Of a DNA stretch of 64,000 nt, positions 16,190 to 36,539 are shown piece by piece. Within the stretch, counting starts at the first letter, position 1; each line of letters opens with the position of its first letter. Below the pieces are notes generated by a model. It was not told the DNA's origin, did not search any database, and was given only the letters and a program-made list of their open reading frames with translations. Made by a program: the position numbers and the translations under genes. The stretch is from NCBI RefSeq assembly GCF_009914755.1, contig NC_060937.1; one strand, 5' to 3'. The stretch is from the human T2T-CHM13v2.0 reference genome, Homo sapiens.

Positions 16190-16481
16190 TAGATGAGTTT
16201 ACTAGGACTTACCTACTGGACATTTCTGGGCAGCTCTAGAGTCACCCTGCCTCTTATCTCTAAACTGCTTTTAAGCTTATATGCTGGCTGTTTGCCTACA
16301 TGTGTGCACAATGAAACTGTTTTCCTTGATATGTTTTGAGGTATGTCCTGGGATGTTTGGGTTCTCAGGGACACCTGCTCCTCAGCTAGGCACTATGGCC
16401 TTGGCTCCCTGCCCAGCCTTCAGGGTTCAACCAACACACATATACCCTTAAGTAACCTGGTGGGAGACATACCACACTACA
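16190..16481 (-). mobile_element. ERV-type LTR fragment (MER54-like; family uncertain)
   Basis: Minus strand begins TGTAGTGTGG...CCACCAGGTTACTTAAGGG...GAGGAGCAGGTGTCCCTGAGAACCCAAACATCCC, resembling a recalled ERVL LTR start. Confidence 0.5.
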
Positions 16482-17039
16482 GTTATTGACATTGCTAGTT
16501 GTGGTTCAGTTTCCCTCTTGAAATGTTGCATTCTGTGAGATAATGGGAGGTGAGTACTACTGATTACATGAATCCAGAGGTCCAGATTAGCCACTAATTT
16601 GGGTTAGAACATTATTAATCACCTACCATTTGCAGTATATCTCTATGCTATTACATAAAGACATAGTGGTTCCTGTCCCTAGGCAGCTTGCTATCTAGAA
16701 GAGGAGATAGCATTTATAAAATAACTTATTGAAGTGATTTAGTGATTGTTCAGGAGATGGGAAGAACATTCAAGGAATATATTTAAGAGACTTGTGTTTT
16801 TTTCTTAACACATGGTTGGTCTTTGTTCCCTATTCTTCCCCTTTTCTTTGGGTAAGAAATTTACCATTTTAAGTCTAAAAGAGAAATGAGTGTCCTCTTG
16901 CTTGGCATTAAATTTGGTTTACTAGTAAAATAAATGAAGAAACTCAGTACAAATGGTCTCCAGAGTGTAAGTGATGAGCATTTCTGACGAATAGAAGTTA
17001 GTTTTTTGGATTTTGATAGAAATAATGTTGTATATGGAC

Positions 17040-17297
17040 TTAGGAGGCTAAGACAACAGGATGGCTTGGGATTAGGAGTTCAAGACCAGCCTGGGCAACA
17101 TAGTGAGATCCTTTCTGTAAAAAAATAGAAAAAAATTATCTGGGTATGGTGGTGCATGCCTATAGTCCTAGCAACCTGGGAGGTTGAGGTGGGAGGATCA
17201 CTGGAGCCCAGAATTCGATGCTGCAATGAGTTACAATTGTGCCATAACACTCCAGCCTAAGCGACAGAGTGAGACCCCCTCTCAAAGGGGAAAAAGA
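17040..17297 (+). mobile_element. AluJ-like, 5'-degenerate
   Basis: gagttcaagaccagcctgggcaacatagtgaga plus right arm. Confidence 0.8.
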
Positions 17298-18227
17298 AAA
17301 TGTTGTATGTGATAGATAAGTTCCTGGGCCAGCCTCCAATGACTCATTTAATCTTTCTACCAGTTATTTATATGAACTTCTGATTTTCCCCCTATTTAAT
17401 AAACTATGTTAGAGGCTAGATCTCATTCATGTCTGTATACCCTATAGCATCTACTCATGTGGCTTACAGATCGTAGGAACTAGTTATCTTAATCTTAAAT
17501 TCTTTTTTGAAGAAACTGTAGTATAAAATATACATCTATAAAGGAAAGTAGTGAATTCAATTAACATTTGTTCATTAGAACTGAAGGTGAAGCTAAAAGA
17601 ACAACCCCCTGTATTACAAAAACTGCATTCTGTTGTGTATGATAAAAAGGAAATGCAAAATGCATAGGGACAATGAATCACCTCTCCCCTGCTCAAATGG
17701 TATCCGTTAAGTGTGCATCAGAAAGGAATTTTTTGTCAGGGCAGCTGCTGTTGTCCAGCCAAAAGAGACACTTGGATTCTGGAAGGAGCCCACTTGCTTT
17801 TTAAAATAAAATAATCTTATTTCTAAAACTGAAATTAGTTGGCAAGAAGGCATTTAAATTTTATGTATTTTATAAAACAGTATCAAATGATTATACTCTA
17901 GTGAGGAAAGTAGCACACAAATTTATGTAATAATTTACTCTGAAAGTACTGTTTGTGCTATACTTGCATGAGTCTAAAGAATGTTTTTTGTTTCCAGTTA
18001 AGTAGAAGAATAGCAACATATGGAAACTTAAATTTAGCAATTTTTCATTGTTGTTATCTTACCATCCCAAATAATGCTGGAAATATAATTGGCATTCAGT
18101 AATTTTTTTTATTGACCGATTGAATGAGTTATTCTGTTCCATGATTCCCACTTCTTGTTCCCCACTAAGTTCTTACCACTGCTACAAAGGATATAGTCAT
18201 AGGCCCTACTGGTTATCCCAGAGTCGA

Positions 18228-18430
18228 CAGGCAGTATAGCTCAACAGAAAGAGTGTTGGTGTTGTGTAGGTCTGGATTCAAATTCCGATTCTGCCTCACT
18301 AACCTTTCCCCAACTGTAAAATGAGGGTTAGTATGTACATCTGAAGGATCAAATGAGGTCATCTGAAAAAAGTGTGAGGCACAGTGCCTGGAACATAGTA
18401 CACATTTAATAAATGTTTGCAACTATTAGC
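18228..18430. mobile_element. MIR
   Basis: ctggattcaaatt..ctgcc...ctgtaaaatgagg...cacagtgcctggaacatagta...aataaatg. Confidence 0.6.
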
Positions 18431-18909
18431 AAGTGTAAAATATGATGATCCTAATGATGATGGAAAAGACATAGGTCGGTCAGTGTCCACCAAATAAAAG
18501 ATAACTGAGACAATTAAGTTATTTCATTGGTGTGATTGCTCTGTAAATGTGGCTAGTTAAGCCTAACAGTTGTGATAGTTACCCAGTATCAGATGAACTA
18601 GGCCAAAATATTTAATATCTGCCAGTCAGTATGTGGTTAGACACATCTCTGCACATAAAGGCTCATAGAAACCGATTCAGAAAAAGCAAATAGATAAAAT
18701 AAGGCTTACCCAGGTAGAAGAGTAAATGAGCTATTTGTTGACATGCTTTAGGGGGCTTGACAAAAGTGTGTAAACAGGTAGAGTGGAGGATAAATCATAT
18801 GCAATGTACACCTCTAGCCCAGAAAGATAAAAAATGTTTGAAAAAATAATTAAGGATGAAAAATTAGGGAAAAAAGTAGCCAAGGGATAGAGAGTGATAT
18901 TCATTTTCT

Positions 18910-19865
<956 letters not shown>

Positions 19866-20270
19866 TGGTCGGAATATGGCTCATTTTCAAAAGATGTTCT
19901 GAAATTTCAAAAGTAAAAAAGTTATTGAAACATGTAATATGATGGTGGTAATTAGCCAACTCACAGGGTTGGTTGTGCAGATTAAATGTACTAATGCATA
20001 AAAAAATTTAAGCACAGAGGAAGTACTCAAGTGTTCATTAGCAGTTTTATTGTTATTCTGTTGATCTAACTTCTTTGGTTGTTAACAGTAGTACATTAGT
20101 GACTAATTTTGATAGAGTTAAAATAAACAGTCTAGAGTTTAAAAATAAGTCACATATTGTATAAAAAATATTCATATTCATAAAAATACCTTTAAACAAA
20201 ATACAAATTTATTTTTTTTTCCAGTAGAAGGGGTAGTGATTACCTGGCATTGTTGTAAAACCAAAGTTAA

Positions 20271-20590
<320 letters not shown>

Positions 20591-20772
20591 TAGTTATAGT
20601 CTTTAATATAATTTTTGTTGCTGTTATCTCTCCGTGAGTAACTTTTTATTATATACTGTAATTATGAGTGTCAAGGTATTAAAAATACACGATCAATTCA
20701 GGATTGGTTATAACATTTTTTAAAAAGATATTTACATTGACTTGTTCTTATTTAAAATGTCTTACTATACAG

Positions 20773-20914
20773 ACACATCACCTTCACTTTGGGATATGGA
20801 ATTTGATAAGCAGTTAGCCACAGAATATGAACAACCCCTTGAGAATGAGATTGAAGAACTGATCCAGGGGACAAAAGAGGGGAAACTGAGAGTTCCCAAT
20901 TAATAATGAAGCAG
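20773..20914 (+). pseudogene. MRPS31 pseudo-exon 6
   Basis: tacag|[40 protein letters not shown], frameshift, EFPINNEA-G|gtaagt. Confidence 0.9.
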
Positions 20915-21940
20915 GTAAGTGTTAATTCCAGGGGTTATAAAATTCATTGATTGAGATTATTTCTGCCAGATATTCACTTTTAGAGTGTAGATACTTACAT
21001 GAATTTCAAAACACTGTGTAGATATCTTCGCGGTGTCCTAAAGACAGTTAGTTGCAGCAGAGTCCATGCAATATAATAGAATTTTATGAAATTCAAAAAC
21101 CAAATTTTGAATATACTTTCTTAGCTCTAACGGCGATAAAACTATAAAGAAAATGATCAACATAACGCGGTATTTCAGGAAGTCAGGGTAATTGAGTAGG
21201 GACACTCAGGGGCTTCGACAGTACTATCATTCTGTTCCTCAAGTTGGACGGCAGGTTCACAGGTGGTCATTTCATCATGCCTTTATGTTGTTTTATGTTG
21301 TATATATTATACTATATGTTATCCATATTATAATTACACATATTCTTTTGTTTGTAACAATGTTTCATAATATTTCAAGGAATGAATGGAAATGGGCACA
21401 TAATGAAGATATGCAGTGCCTAGCCATCAGTAGAGTCCCAGCATTATCAGATTCTAAGATAATTCTTATACAAAAACAAGCAAACAAAGGGCATGTTATC
21501 TAGAATGAAAAGACCATCCATATTCTAATAAACTGAGACAATCAAATAGGGAATCCCTCTTTTAAGGATGGTATTTGTTATATGCTTGGAAGTGTTTTGA
21601 AGTAGAAATTGGTTGTAAATAAATCTACTCCTTGTTAATAGGAAAGTATAAGCTTGCTTTTAATGTCCCTGTTATCCCTACCAAGAAATTAAAAATCCTG
21701 GAGGTTAGTATTGCTTATGAACTCACTTACTTGCTTATTAATGACAGGTGCATTTGCCCTCTTAGGGGATGACCATGGGTATTTTAAAAGATAAGAAATT
21801 TGCTGAGAATTCCTTAAATTTTTCTAATTTTTACTAGCCAGTGAGGACATTGTCCCTTTTTTGCAGGTAGCTTTGAAAGATGATACCTCCACAGTTGAGA
21901 CCATGTTGTTAAAACATCCTTCATGTAACCATTTACACAT

Positions 21941-22007
21941 TTGGTTCTAAAGAATGTATTATCCTTAGATTCTTGGTTCTAAAGAATGTATTATCTTAAG
22001 ATTCTTG
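21941..22007. repeat. 2 x 32-bp tandem duplication
   Basis: ttggttctaaagaatgtattatc..agattc at 21941 and 21973. Confidence 0.9.
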
Positions 22008-22538
22008 TCTTACCACTATTCTTAAAATTTCTCTAAAACTTGCTGAGGTAATCAGCTTTAAATTCTATAAATACAGATAACAAAACCCTCTTAATCCTAA
22101 AGGTGCTTTTAAAGTTCATGCATTTATACATGTATGCAAATTGCCTATTAAATTGGGAAGATTTCATTCTAAGTAACCAAATCTTAAGGAGCTAAAGCTA
22201 ACCTGCTTTATAAAATATATTAATTCCAGGACTAAGCAATTTCTGAAAACAGACTTATTTACTGTGCTGCTTAATATTTCCTCAAACTAGAATACAAGTG
22301 ACGGTGGCAGAGGGAGGAAGTAACTCATACTAGGAAGAACAAATAGCTGCTGGAATATGCTTGTGGTTTAGAGCTTCTTTTAAAAATCCTGTCAGCTGCA
22401 AAGGAAAGGAAGGACTAATATTTTCCACGAGATCAGTAACATCTTTATGAAGATGCTCCTTTTGAATGTGGTACAGAAAGTTGGAAAACACTTAGGCATG
22501 GTATCTGGCATAGTGCCCCTTAGGGAGCACTTCACATG

Positions 22539-22888
22539 CAGACGGTCTGGGGCTTAGGATGGTTTGACTTAGAATTTTTTGACTTTATGATAGTTGCAAA
22601 GGCGATGCACATTCAGTAGAAAGTGAACTTTGAGTCCCCATAAAGCTATCCTGTTTTTCATGTTTAGGACATTGTTCCCATAAATTCATGAGCTATTCAA
22701 CCCTTTATAATAAAAAAGAATTTGTGTTAGATGATTTTGCCCAAATGTAGGTTAATGTAAGTGTTCTGAGTACGTTTAAGGTAGGCTAGTCTAAGCTCTG
22801 ATGCTCAGTAGGTTAGGTGTATTAAAGACGTTTTTACTTACGATATCTTCCCCTCCCAATAAACCCATTGTAAGTCAAGAAGCACCTG
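22539..22888. mobile_element. Tigger3a/MER7-like DNA transposon
   Basis: cagacggtc...gatggtttgacttag...taagtcaagaagcacctg|ta; degenerate terminal inverted repeats. Confidence 0.7.
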
Positions 22889-23334
22889 TAGAGGTCTGCC
22901 TTTACCAATTTCAGCTGCGACAAATTTAATGTTCCTGTATTGCTTTTAAATTGGAGAGCAGAAGCAGGTCTGAAACAAATACTGCAGTTAGCTTTGTGTT
23001 CTTCGCTATTTATTGAACAGTTCAGAGGGCAAGGAAGCAAAGAGAAGTGCTCTGAGTGTGTCTTTGCTTGCCAGCTCCTGAATTTTTAACAGTTCTACAG
23101 TGGCCTTCCTGTATTTTTCTCTCGTTTTGTGTGTTCTCTTCTGTTTTTGTTGACCCTGTCTCAAAAAAAAAAAAAAAAAAAAAATCAAAACTATCCCTTG
23201 GGAATACATAATGTTTGTATATGGAAACCCTCATGCCTTTCTTGCTACCTGTAGGATAAAGTCCAAAATCCTTAGCTTAACATTCAAATTTCTCCATCAA
23301 ACTGGGTTCCTAGGCCAACTATTTCAGAGTTAAT

Positions 23335-23708
23335 GTTGTTCTTGTTTTTTTTTTTTTTTTTTTGTTTTTTTTTTTTTGAGATAGTGTCTCGCTCTGTTAC
23401 CCAGTCTAGAGTGCAATGGCACAATCTTGGCTCACTGCAACTGTCACCTCCCAGGGTTCAAGCAGTCCTCTCACTTGGCTCACTGCAACTGTCACCTCCC
23501 AGGGTTCAAGCAATCCTCTCACTTCAGCCTCCTGAGTTGCTGGGACCACAGGCCTGCACCATGCCTGGCTAATAGATGTGTGTATTTTTGTAGAAAGGGG
23601 TTTTCACCATGTTTTCCTGTCTGGTCTCCAACTCCTGGGCTCAAGGGATTCACCCCTCCTTGGCCTCCCAAAGTGGTGGGATTACAGGCGTGAGCCATTG
23701 CACCCAGC
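23335..23708 (-). mobile_element. AluJ-like with an internal 48-bp tandem duplication (23426-23524)
   Basis: cttggctcactgcaactgtcacctcccagggttcaagca.tcctctca at 23426 and 23474. Confidence 0.88.
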
Positions 23709-25898
23709 TGATGTTTTTCTTAAAATGCAAATTCTTTGGTTACACCCCATACCTACTGAATTTGTATCTCATGGGAAAGCTGTACAGTTTGTATTTTTAA
23801 CTAGTATTGTTTATTTCTTGCTACTCAGAGTGGTCCCAAATTAGCATCTACATCACTGGAAACATTTTAGAAAAATAGAACTCCAGGCCCTGCTCCAGAC
23901 CTAATGAATCAGAATAATATAGACATTCAAGTTAGAAAAGTACTAGGTAATCTTAATGTACACTTGGAAGTTTAAGAATAACTGATCTGGCCCCAACCTG
24001 TCATTTTAAGTTTGTCCCTCAATGTTGCTCTACATTTATTCATTCAACCAACATGTATTGGGTAAGGTATCAAGGATGTCTTCACATAGTCATGGAACTC
24101 TTAGTACAAAGTTGACAGAATATAATGTCTGCCCTCCAGAGACACACTGGGGTTAACCAGTGAAGTTGCTTACTGCTGCGGGTGACCAGCCAGTGGCTCT
24201 CACCGTCCATTTAGACTAAAGGGATCAGTATTTTGGGCACACCCATAACCATTCATAGTACCTTAGTTGGGGAGCTCTGCCTTATGTCCTGGTATTTCTT
24301 AAGATTCCTTTCTTGGCTCTCTTCCCACTGCACATGCTTCTTTGACAATCTCATTTACTTCCATGGCTCAGTCACATCTGATATCCACGTCCAATCAATC
24401 ATGCAGCCCAGGTAATTTACCTCCTCAAAAGCTTTTAATTTGTCATTTGTCTTCATGTTTCTACCTTAGTTTAAGTTACCATCATTTCTTACAAGGAATA
24501 TGCAAACTTCTGAACAGGGTTTACAAGGACCAGCATGATCTGTCCCGATATTACATCTTGACTCTCTGTAGCCCTAACATAATCTAGTCATCAACTCCTG
24601 AATAAGACATGGCTGTCAGTACTTGGCCTCTCCACACCAAATCATTGACTCAAGATTGTTTATTAAAGAAGGACCTGTGATGCTGTTGTCATTGTCCTTA
24701 ACCTGTAAACTTGCTGCCTTCCTCACTTTCCATTTATTCTTTAACCCTCTGTAGTATTGCATTTGACTTATTACCCTGAATTTGTTGTTACAAAGGTCAC
24801 TAAGAGTAACCAATTTCCATATTGCTGAATCCCATCCTTCCTTCTCTTCCTGGACCTCTTGATCAATTGATAACCTTTCATAACTCACTTTTCCTCTAAA
24901 CTCTCTATTGCCTTCAGTTTTGCCCAATCTGAAGTGCCCAACTGTCCTATCCTGCTTCTGTAATATTTTCCCCCTTTTACCATGTAAAAAATAATTTCCT
25001 GATGTTCCCTTTGGGTTGCTCCAGAGACTTTTTCAAAGATTGGAGTTCTCCCAAGTTTTGTCTAAAGGTCACTGTTCTTATTCTCTGTTTTCAACTTGTC
25101 CGCTTCCAATCTGTTCTCCCCAGTGCAATAGGAGTGTCAGTCTAATTATGTCAAGCCTTCAGTGGTTTTTTAAATCTTTTCAGATGGAGTTGAGGCCCTA
25201 TGTGGTCTCACCTCTTCTTTATCTCACCAGCCTTATGATCAAATTCTGCACTCCCAGACATAATAGCAATTAGAATAAGAATGTTTTCAATTGCAAGAAG
25301 CAAACAGAAAAACCCAACTCAAAATTATTAAATAATACAAAACAAAAAGTCAGGAGTTTGGAGGCTTCTGGGTTGGTTAACTCAGGAGCTCACTGGTATC
25401 ACTGATGAACTAGGTTTCTCCATCCTTATGCTTTCACTTTCCTTGGGATATTGGTTTGGTCTTCCAGGATGGCTATTGCTAAAGGTAGCTGCAGTAATTT
25501 ATTCTGTGTTTCTGTTTATCAATAAGGAGACCTTTCCCAGAATCCCTGAGCAGACACCTCATGCATGGCCCAATTGGCTAGATTAGTTATATACCCCTTC
25601 TTAAACCATATTGTTTGCCAATATGGCCAACAATGTGGGGTTGGTGATCCCAACAATGTGGGATGTGGGATTACCACAAATGACTTAGTCATGTGCTGGA
25701 GAAACAAAATTAGGGCTTCACAGCAAGGAAGAAGGGAGGAATGAAGTATCCTACTGTTATGTATACTTGTCTTTCTTCCTGTACATACACTAAAAAATGT
25801 TCAGGCCCATATGAAAAATGTATTTATTTCCCAAAGAGAATCAGCCAGAATCTCATCCAAATACTCTATCCAGCTTCATATCTAAGATCTCTGGTGGA

Positions 25899-27264
<1,366 letters not shown>

Positions 27265-28532
27265 GATCTTTGGTGGAATCCGTAGGCTGCTTTTTCATCT
27301 GGTGGCTGTGGCTCTCTGGTGTTTTGTCCTCAACAGCCACATCTAATATGAGCACTGGGAAGAAGACTCTTTCTAAGGCTGCTCAGCTTTAGAGTACATT
27401 TCTTGATGGTGTGAGCTTGGTGTCCTGTCTCAGAGTCACTAGTTTCCCAGCCCGAAACAGTTGTGTCTCAATGCCCTCCATCCTGCCTTTTCCACCCGGC
27501 CAATTACACACCATTCTAGGTCTGTTTTGTAGCACTCCACTTCCAAATACCAAATTGTCTATCAGTTTGGATTCTTAGTCGTAAGCAACAGAGATGGATT
27601 CTGGTTTTCAGCATAAGATAAATTGTATTAGAAGAATATTGTGCTGCTTGCAGAATGGCCAAAAGGACTAGAGAATCAGCATCAGTCTGAGCCACACGGC
27701 TGGGAATAAATCCTGGAACCATACTGCATAACTGGTCGGGTGAGGAGATTGTAGCCACTGTTGCCAAGCACTGACACACTGCTTTGTAACACTATCTGCT
27801 GCTTTGGGAATTTGATCTTGACACATGTGCTACTGCATCTGGAGAGGATACACTAAGGTCCTTCCTTGATTTGTTGTTGCTAACCAGTTACCAATTTTAA
27901 AGTATGTGCAAGTTCAGCTTAAGTTGTTTGGCATTTTCAGCTTTTATAGAGGGAGACTGGCTCAGTGGGAAGACTCAAGGAATTCCCCAGACATAAGAAG
28001 GAGCTGAATTCTAAGTAACCCAAAAGAAAGACCTACTTAAGGACAAATCCAGGTTTTGTGGGGCCAAAATTTACACAATTTGTTGGGGTTGTGGGAGTGG
28101 GGAGGGGATTTATTTAGGAAAAATACGTACAAAATTATATTAACAAATTAGATAGGGTTTGAAGGGGCTTTTGCAAATAAACACCCCTGAAGCTGTACTT
28201 TCCAAATCACTCCGCTAGATCTGATTTCAAGCCCACTCTGCTCAGCACAGGTTATCTCATGCTGGTTACCTCCTATATGTTCTTCAGGCTTTGGCTGAGA
28301 CATTACTTACTCTGAGCTTTCAAAATCTTCTGACTGCTTTCACAGAACCCCTTTAATCTCTCCCATTTAGACATATATGACACTATAATAACTGCCTGTT
28401 GATATGCGTGATTCCAACACTAGATTATTAAGCACCAAGATTGCAGTCATTTTAGTATCCCCAGTCCCTCGCATATCTATACATAGGAGGGATTCAATAT
28501 TTATTAAGTGAGAAAACTACATATTCTCCTTG

Positions 28533-28826
28533 CCTTTTTTTTCTTTCTTTTTTGAGACAGGGTCTCGCTCTGTTGCCCAGGTTGGAGTGCAGTGGCATGA
28601 TAACAGCTCACTGAACCTCGACCTGGGCTCAAGCAATCCTCCCACCTCAGCCTCAGTACACTCAGTGGACTACAGGCATGCACCACCACATCTGGCTAAT
28701 GTATTTTGTAGAGAAAGTGTTTTACCATATTGCCCAGGCTGGTCTCGAGCTCCTGGGCTCAAAGGATGCTCCCGCTTTGGCATCCCAAAGCGATGGGATT
28801 ACAAGTGTGAGCTACTGCGCCTGGCC
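28533..28826 (-). mobile_element. AluJ-like
   Basis: Reverse-complement Alu. Confidence 0.85.
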
Positions 28827-28926
28827 TGCTTGTGCTCATGTTCTTATGTTGCTTACCACCATCCATATGCTGATGACTATCAATTCTTACCTATAGCTCT
28901 AAATGTGTTTTAAAAAAATAGCTTTA

Positions 28927-33535
<4,609 letters not shown>

Positions 33536-33538
33536 GTC

Positions 33539-33933
33539 TGATATAGTTTGGATATGTGTCCCCACCCAAATCACATGTCAAATTGCAATCCCCAATGTCG
33601 GAGGTGGGGCCTGGTGGGAGGTAACTGGATCATAGGGGTGGGTTTCTCATGAATGGTTAAGTACCACCTCTCTTGGTACTGTCCTTGCAACAGTGAATTC
33701 TTGTGAGATCTGGTTGTTTAAAAATGTGTAGCACCTACCCCCACCCTACTTGCTCCTGCCATGTAAGATGGCTGCTCTACCTTTGCCTTGTGCGGTGATT
33801 GGAAGCTTCCTGAGGCCTCTGCAAAAGTAGAAACTGCTATGCTTCTCGTACAGTCTGCAAAACCATGAGTGAATTAAACATTTTTTCTTTATAAATTACC
33901 TAGTCTCATTTATAGCAATGCAAGAACAGACAT
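33539..33933 (+). mobile_element. MaLR solo LTR (MSTA-like)
   Basis: tgatatagtttggatatgtgtccccacccaaatc...ggaggtggggcctggtgggagg...ttctttataaattacc matches recalled MST consensus. Confidence 0.8.
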
Positions 33934-34109
33934 ATGGTACCACAGTTTTCCAAAATGATTAAACTCTCACCAACAATATATGAAAGATACAGTTGCTACA
34001 TATCCTTGTCAGTGCTTGGTATTGGAAGTCCTTTTAATTTAAGCCATTCTGGTGGTAGTTTTGGTATCTCATTGATTTCAATGTCCATAATATATAGAAC
34101 TTCTTTTCA

Positions 34110-34600
34110 TGTTGGGCCCATAGGGCGGTCTTGGAATTCACCCTTTCAGAGGCCATACATATATGTGTATTGGTGCATGGCAGAGGCTGGTGTACACACA
34201 TTAGTGTATGGCTGAGCCATAACCGGAGCATACCTGAGACTAACCCTATGGTCTAAGAAGAACTTACGTTTGGAGTCCTGGGCTAAGGAATCCAGGAGTA
34301 GCCAACCCAGAGATTCACTCCTTATCTATGAAGGACATCCACATCCCTGGCCCGTATCTTACGCTGTACAGATCAAGGCCCTTTGGGGTTAAATGGAGGT
34401 TGCTAGAAGGAGAGTGCTAAGTGAAAATGCTATATAGACTACGTGCTTTTTACAAATGGTAGCAGTTCTCCAGGTCAGCCCTCCACCACCGGACCACCCT
34501 TGTATGTAAATCCTGAATAAACCTTGTCTCCTTCACTGACTCTGCCTCTCTTCTTACAGTGCCATCCCAACTGGAGTCAGTGGGGTCCAGAAGGACAATT
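34110..34600 (+). mobile_element. ERV-type solo LTR (family uncertain)
   Basis: LTR layout: gctaaggaatcc.ggagt.gccaacc, TATA-like gctatata ~34430, AATAAA ~34516. Confidence 0.55.
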
Positions 34601-34604
34601 GGCC

Positions 34605-35431
34605 ATTTAGATAACATTTGAAAATTAACCAAGGTAATTCACAGTAACATTAAAAAATACAAATGAACATTTCAATAAAGGCAGAAAAAGCAGTTGATAT
34701 TCAATGCTTTCCTCCTGATGTTATGACCAAGACAAGGAAGTCCATTATCACTGTTTTTATTCAATAGTGGAAACACTAGCCAGCAACAAAAGGCAAAAAT
34801 AAATAAAAATAAAAGGTATAAAGGTTACAGAGAAGTTAAACCATCTTTATTCGTGGATTGCAAGATTTTGATCACAGAAATTCCGAAAGAATCTACAGAG
34901 TATTACAAATAACAAGGGAACTTAGCAAGATGCTTGCATATAAGGTCAGTATGTTAAAATCAATATTGTTTATTCTTACGAGTAGAATATAAAAAAGTCA
35001 AAATGCCATTTAACATTGTATACAAAACACTAAATACTCAAGAATAAATCTAATGAAAGATATATATGATCTCTATACTGCAATCTATCCAAGCACAGCT
35101 GCATTAAAATATAGATATATGTGCAATCTACAAAATATTGCCAGGAGAAATTAAAGACCGCTTAAATAAATGGTGGGGGAAGAATGATATTCATGGATTG
35201 AAGGACTTGTTGTTAAGATACTAGTTTTCCCAAACAGATCTATAGATTCAATGCGAGCCCAATAAAAAATCCCCCCCCTTTTTAACAAGCTAATTCCAAA
35301 ATTCACCTAGAAATACAAAGGCCGTAGAATAAGCCAAAACAATCTTGGGAGAATAAGTTACAGGACTTAAAGATTTATTATAAAACTACATTAAATTAAC
35401 ATAGTTTGGTACTGGTATAAAGTTAGACAAA
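34605..35431 (+). mobile_element. Degraded L1 ORF2 fragment abutting the SUGT1 promoter
   Basis: gcagaaaaagca.ttga...tcatggattgaag...gatctatagattcaatgc...tggtactgg typical of L1 ORF2. Confidence 0.7.
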
Positions 35432-36356
35432 GACTACTCCCTCCCGCTCCTCAATCTGCCCCCATCCCTAGAACGTGCTGGCAGCTTTCTCCATCCGATC
35501 TGCAAGGGTTAAAGGGCGCTGAGGAAGGGCTGACCGACTGGGGTGGGAAACAAAGCGGCACTGAGATAACTTCAGGCCACCTTCCTCCCCTCAGTACCTT
35601 CGGATGAAAGGTTTCCCTTCTTGGTCTGGGAAGCCCACTAAGAAGAAAGCCTGGGCTGTGGCGTTCTGGGGAAGTGAATAGTACGGCCGCCGGGCGCGTC
35701 GCCCCAGGAACCAGAAGGCTTTTTGCCGCTATTAGTGCAGAATGGCTTCCGGCAAGTCCCAGTCGTTTAGAATTCCCAGCCCAAAGATCGCGGGGATCCA
35801 CGCGTCATCCGGGCCTCTGCTCCCGGAAGAGACCACGCAGCCGCTAAAGACGTAATGGAGGCGAAAGGGCTTGGCTAGCTGTGGCAGCCATGATAAAAAC
35901 TAGGGAAAATGGGAGCTCGAAGTAGCTTGCGTTATTAACAGACATACAAACGCCCCTAACCGCCACACGTTCCTTAGGGATGACAGTACGTTACAAAAGT
36001 GCTTCTAAAGTACTACTGAAAGCTCCGTGGGAGTGCCCGCTGGCGTGGGCGCGGTGGAAGGGAGGAAGAACGTGTACGCCCCAGGCCTCCGTAACCATGG
36101 CTGCGAGGGGCGGGGACTGGGAGCGCGGGTCCTGGGCCGGGGTGCGGCTGGGAGGAATCGGTCCTCCACTGTCCCAGCCGGCCCCGCGCCGGCGTGTCGC
36201 CTCCCGTCCCCCTAGCAGCACGCTGCGTGGCTGCTCGCTGGCTATTTAGGACGGAAGCTCGGTTGGTGTTTCTCCAGAAGTTTCCCCCTTGGGCGGTGGT
36301 GGAGGTGGTAACCGTGATAGTAGCAGCTCCGGCGGCAGCAACAGCGACTACGAGGG

Positions 36357-36394
36357 ATGGCGGCGGCTGCAGCAGGAACTGCAACATCCCAGAG
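36357..36394 (+). CDS. SUGT1: SUGT1 exon 1 (coding part)
   Basis: ATG MAAAAAGTATSQ-AG|gtgcat; strong Kozak GGGATGG. Confidence 0.95.
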
Positions 36395-36481
36395 GTGCAT
36401 GTTTTTCTTTCCCTTTGGTATTTATTTTATCCCCCTTTCCTTGGCTAGTGAGCCCTGCTGAAGTCGTTGTTTTCCTGACAG

Positions 36482-36539
36482 GTTTTTCCAGAGCTTCTCG
36501 GATGCCCTAATCGACGAGGACCCCCAGGCGGCGTTAGAG
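36482..36539 (+). CDS. SUGT1: SUGT1 exon 2
   Basis: gacag|G-FFQSFSDALIDEDPQAALE|gtgaga; 87-nt intron 1. Confidence 0.95.

Noticed and set aside
25627-25678. Short repeated and partly palindromic ccaacaatgtggg motif upstream of the retrocopy
   Set aside because: Only two short units in apparent old LTR-like sequence; no spacer structure or functional evidence
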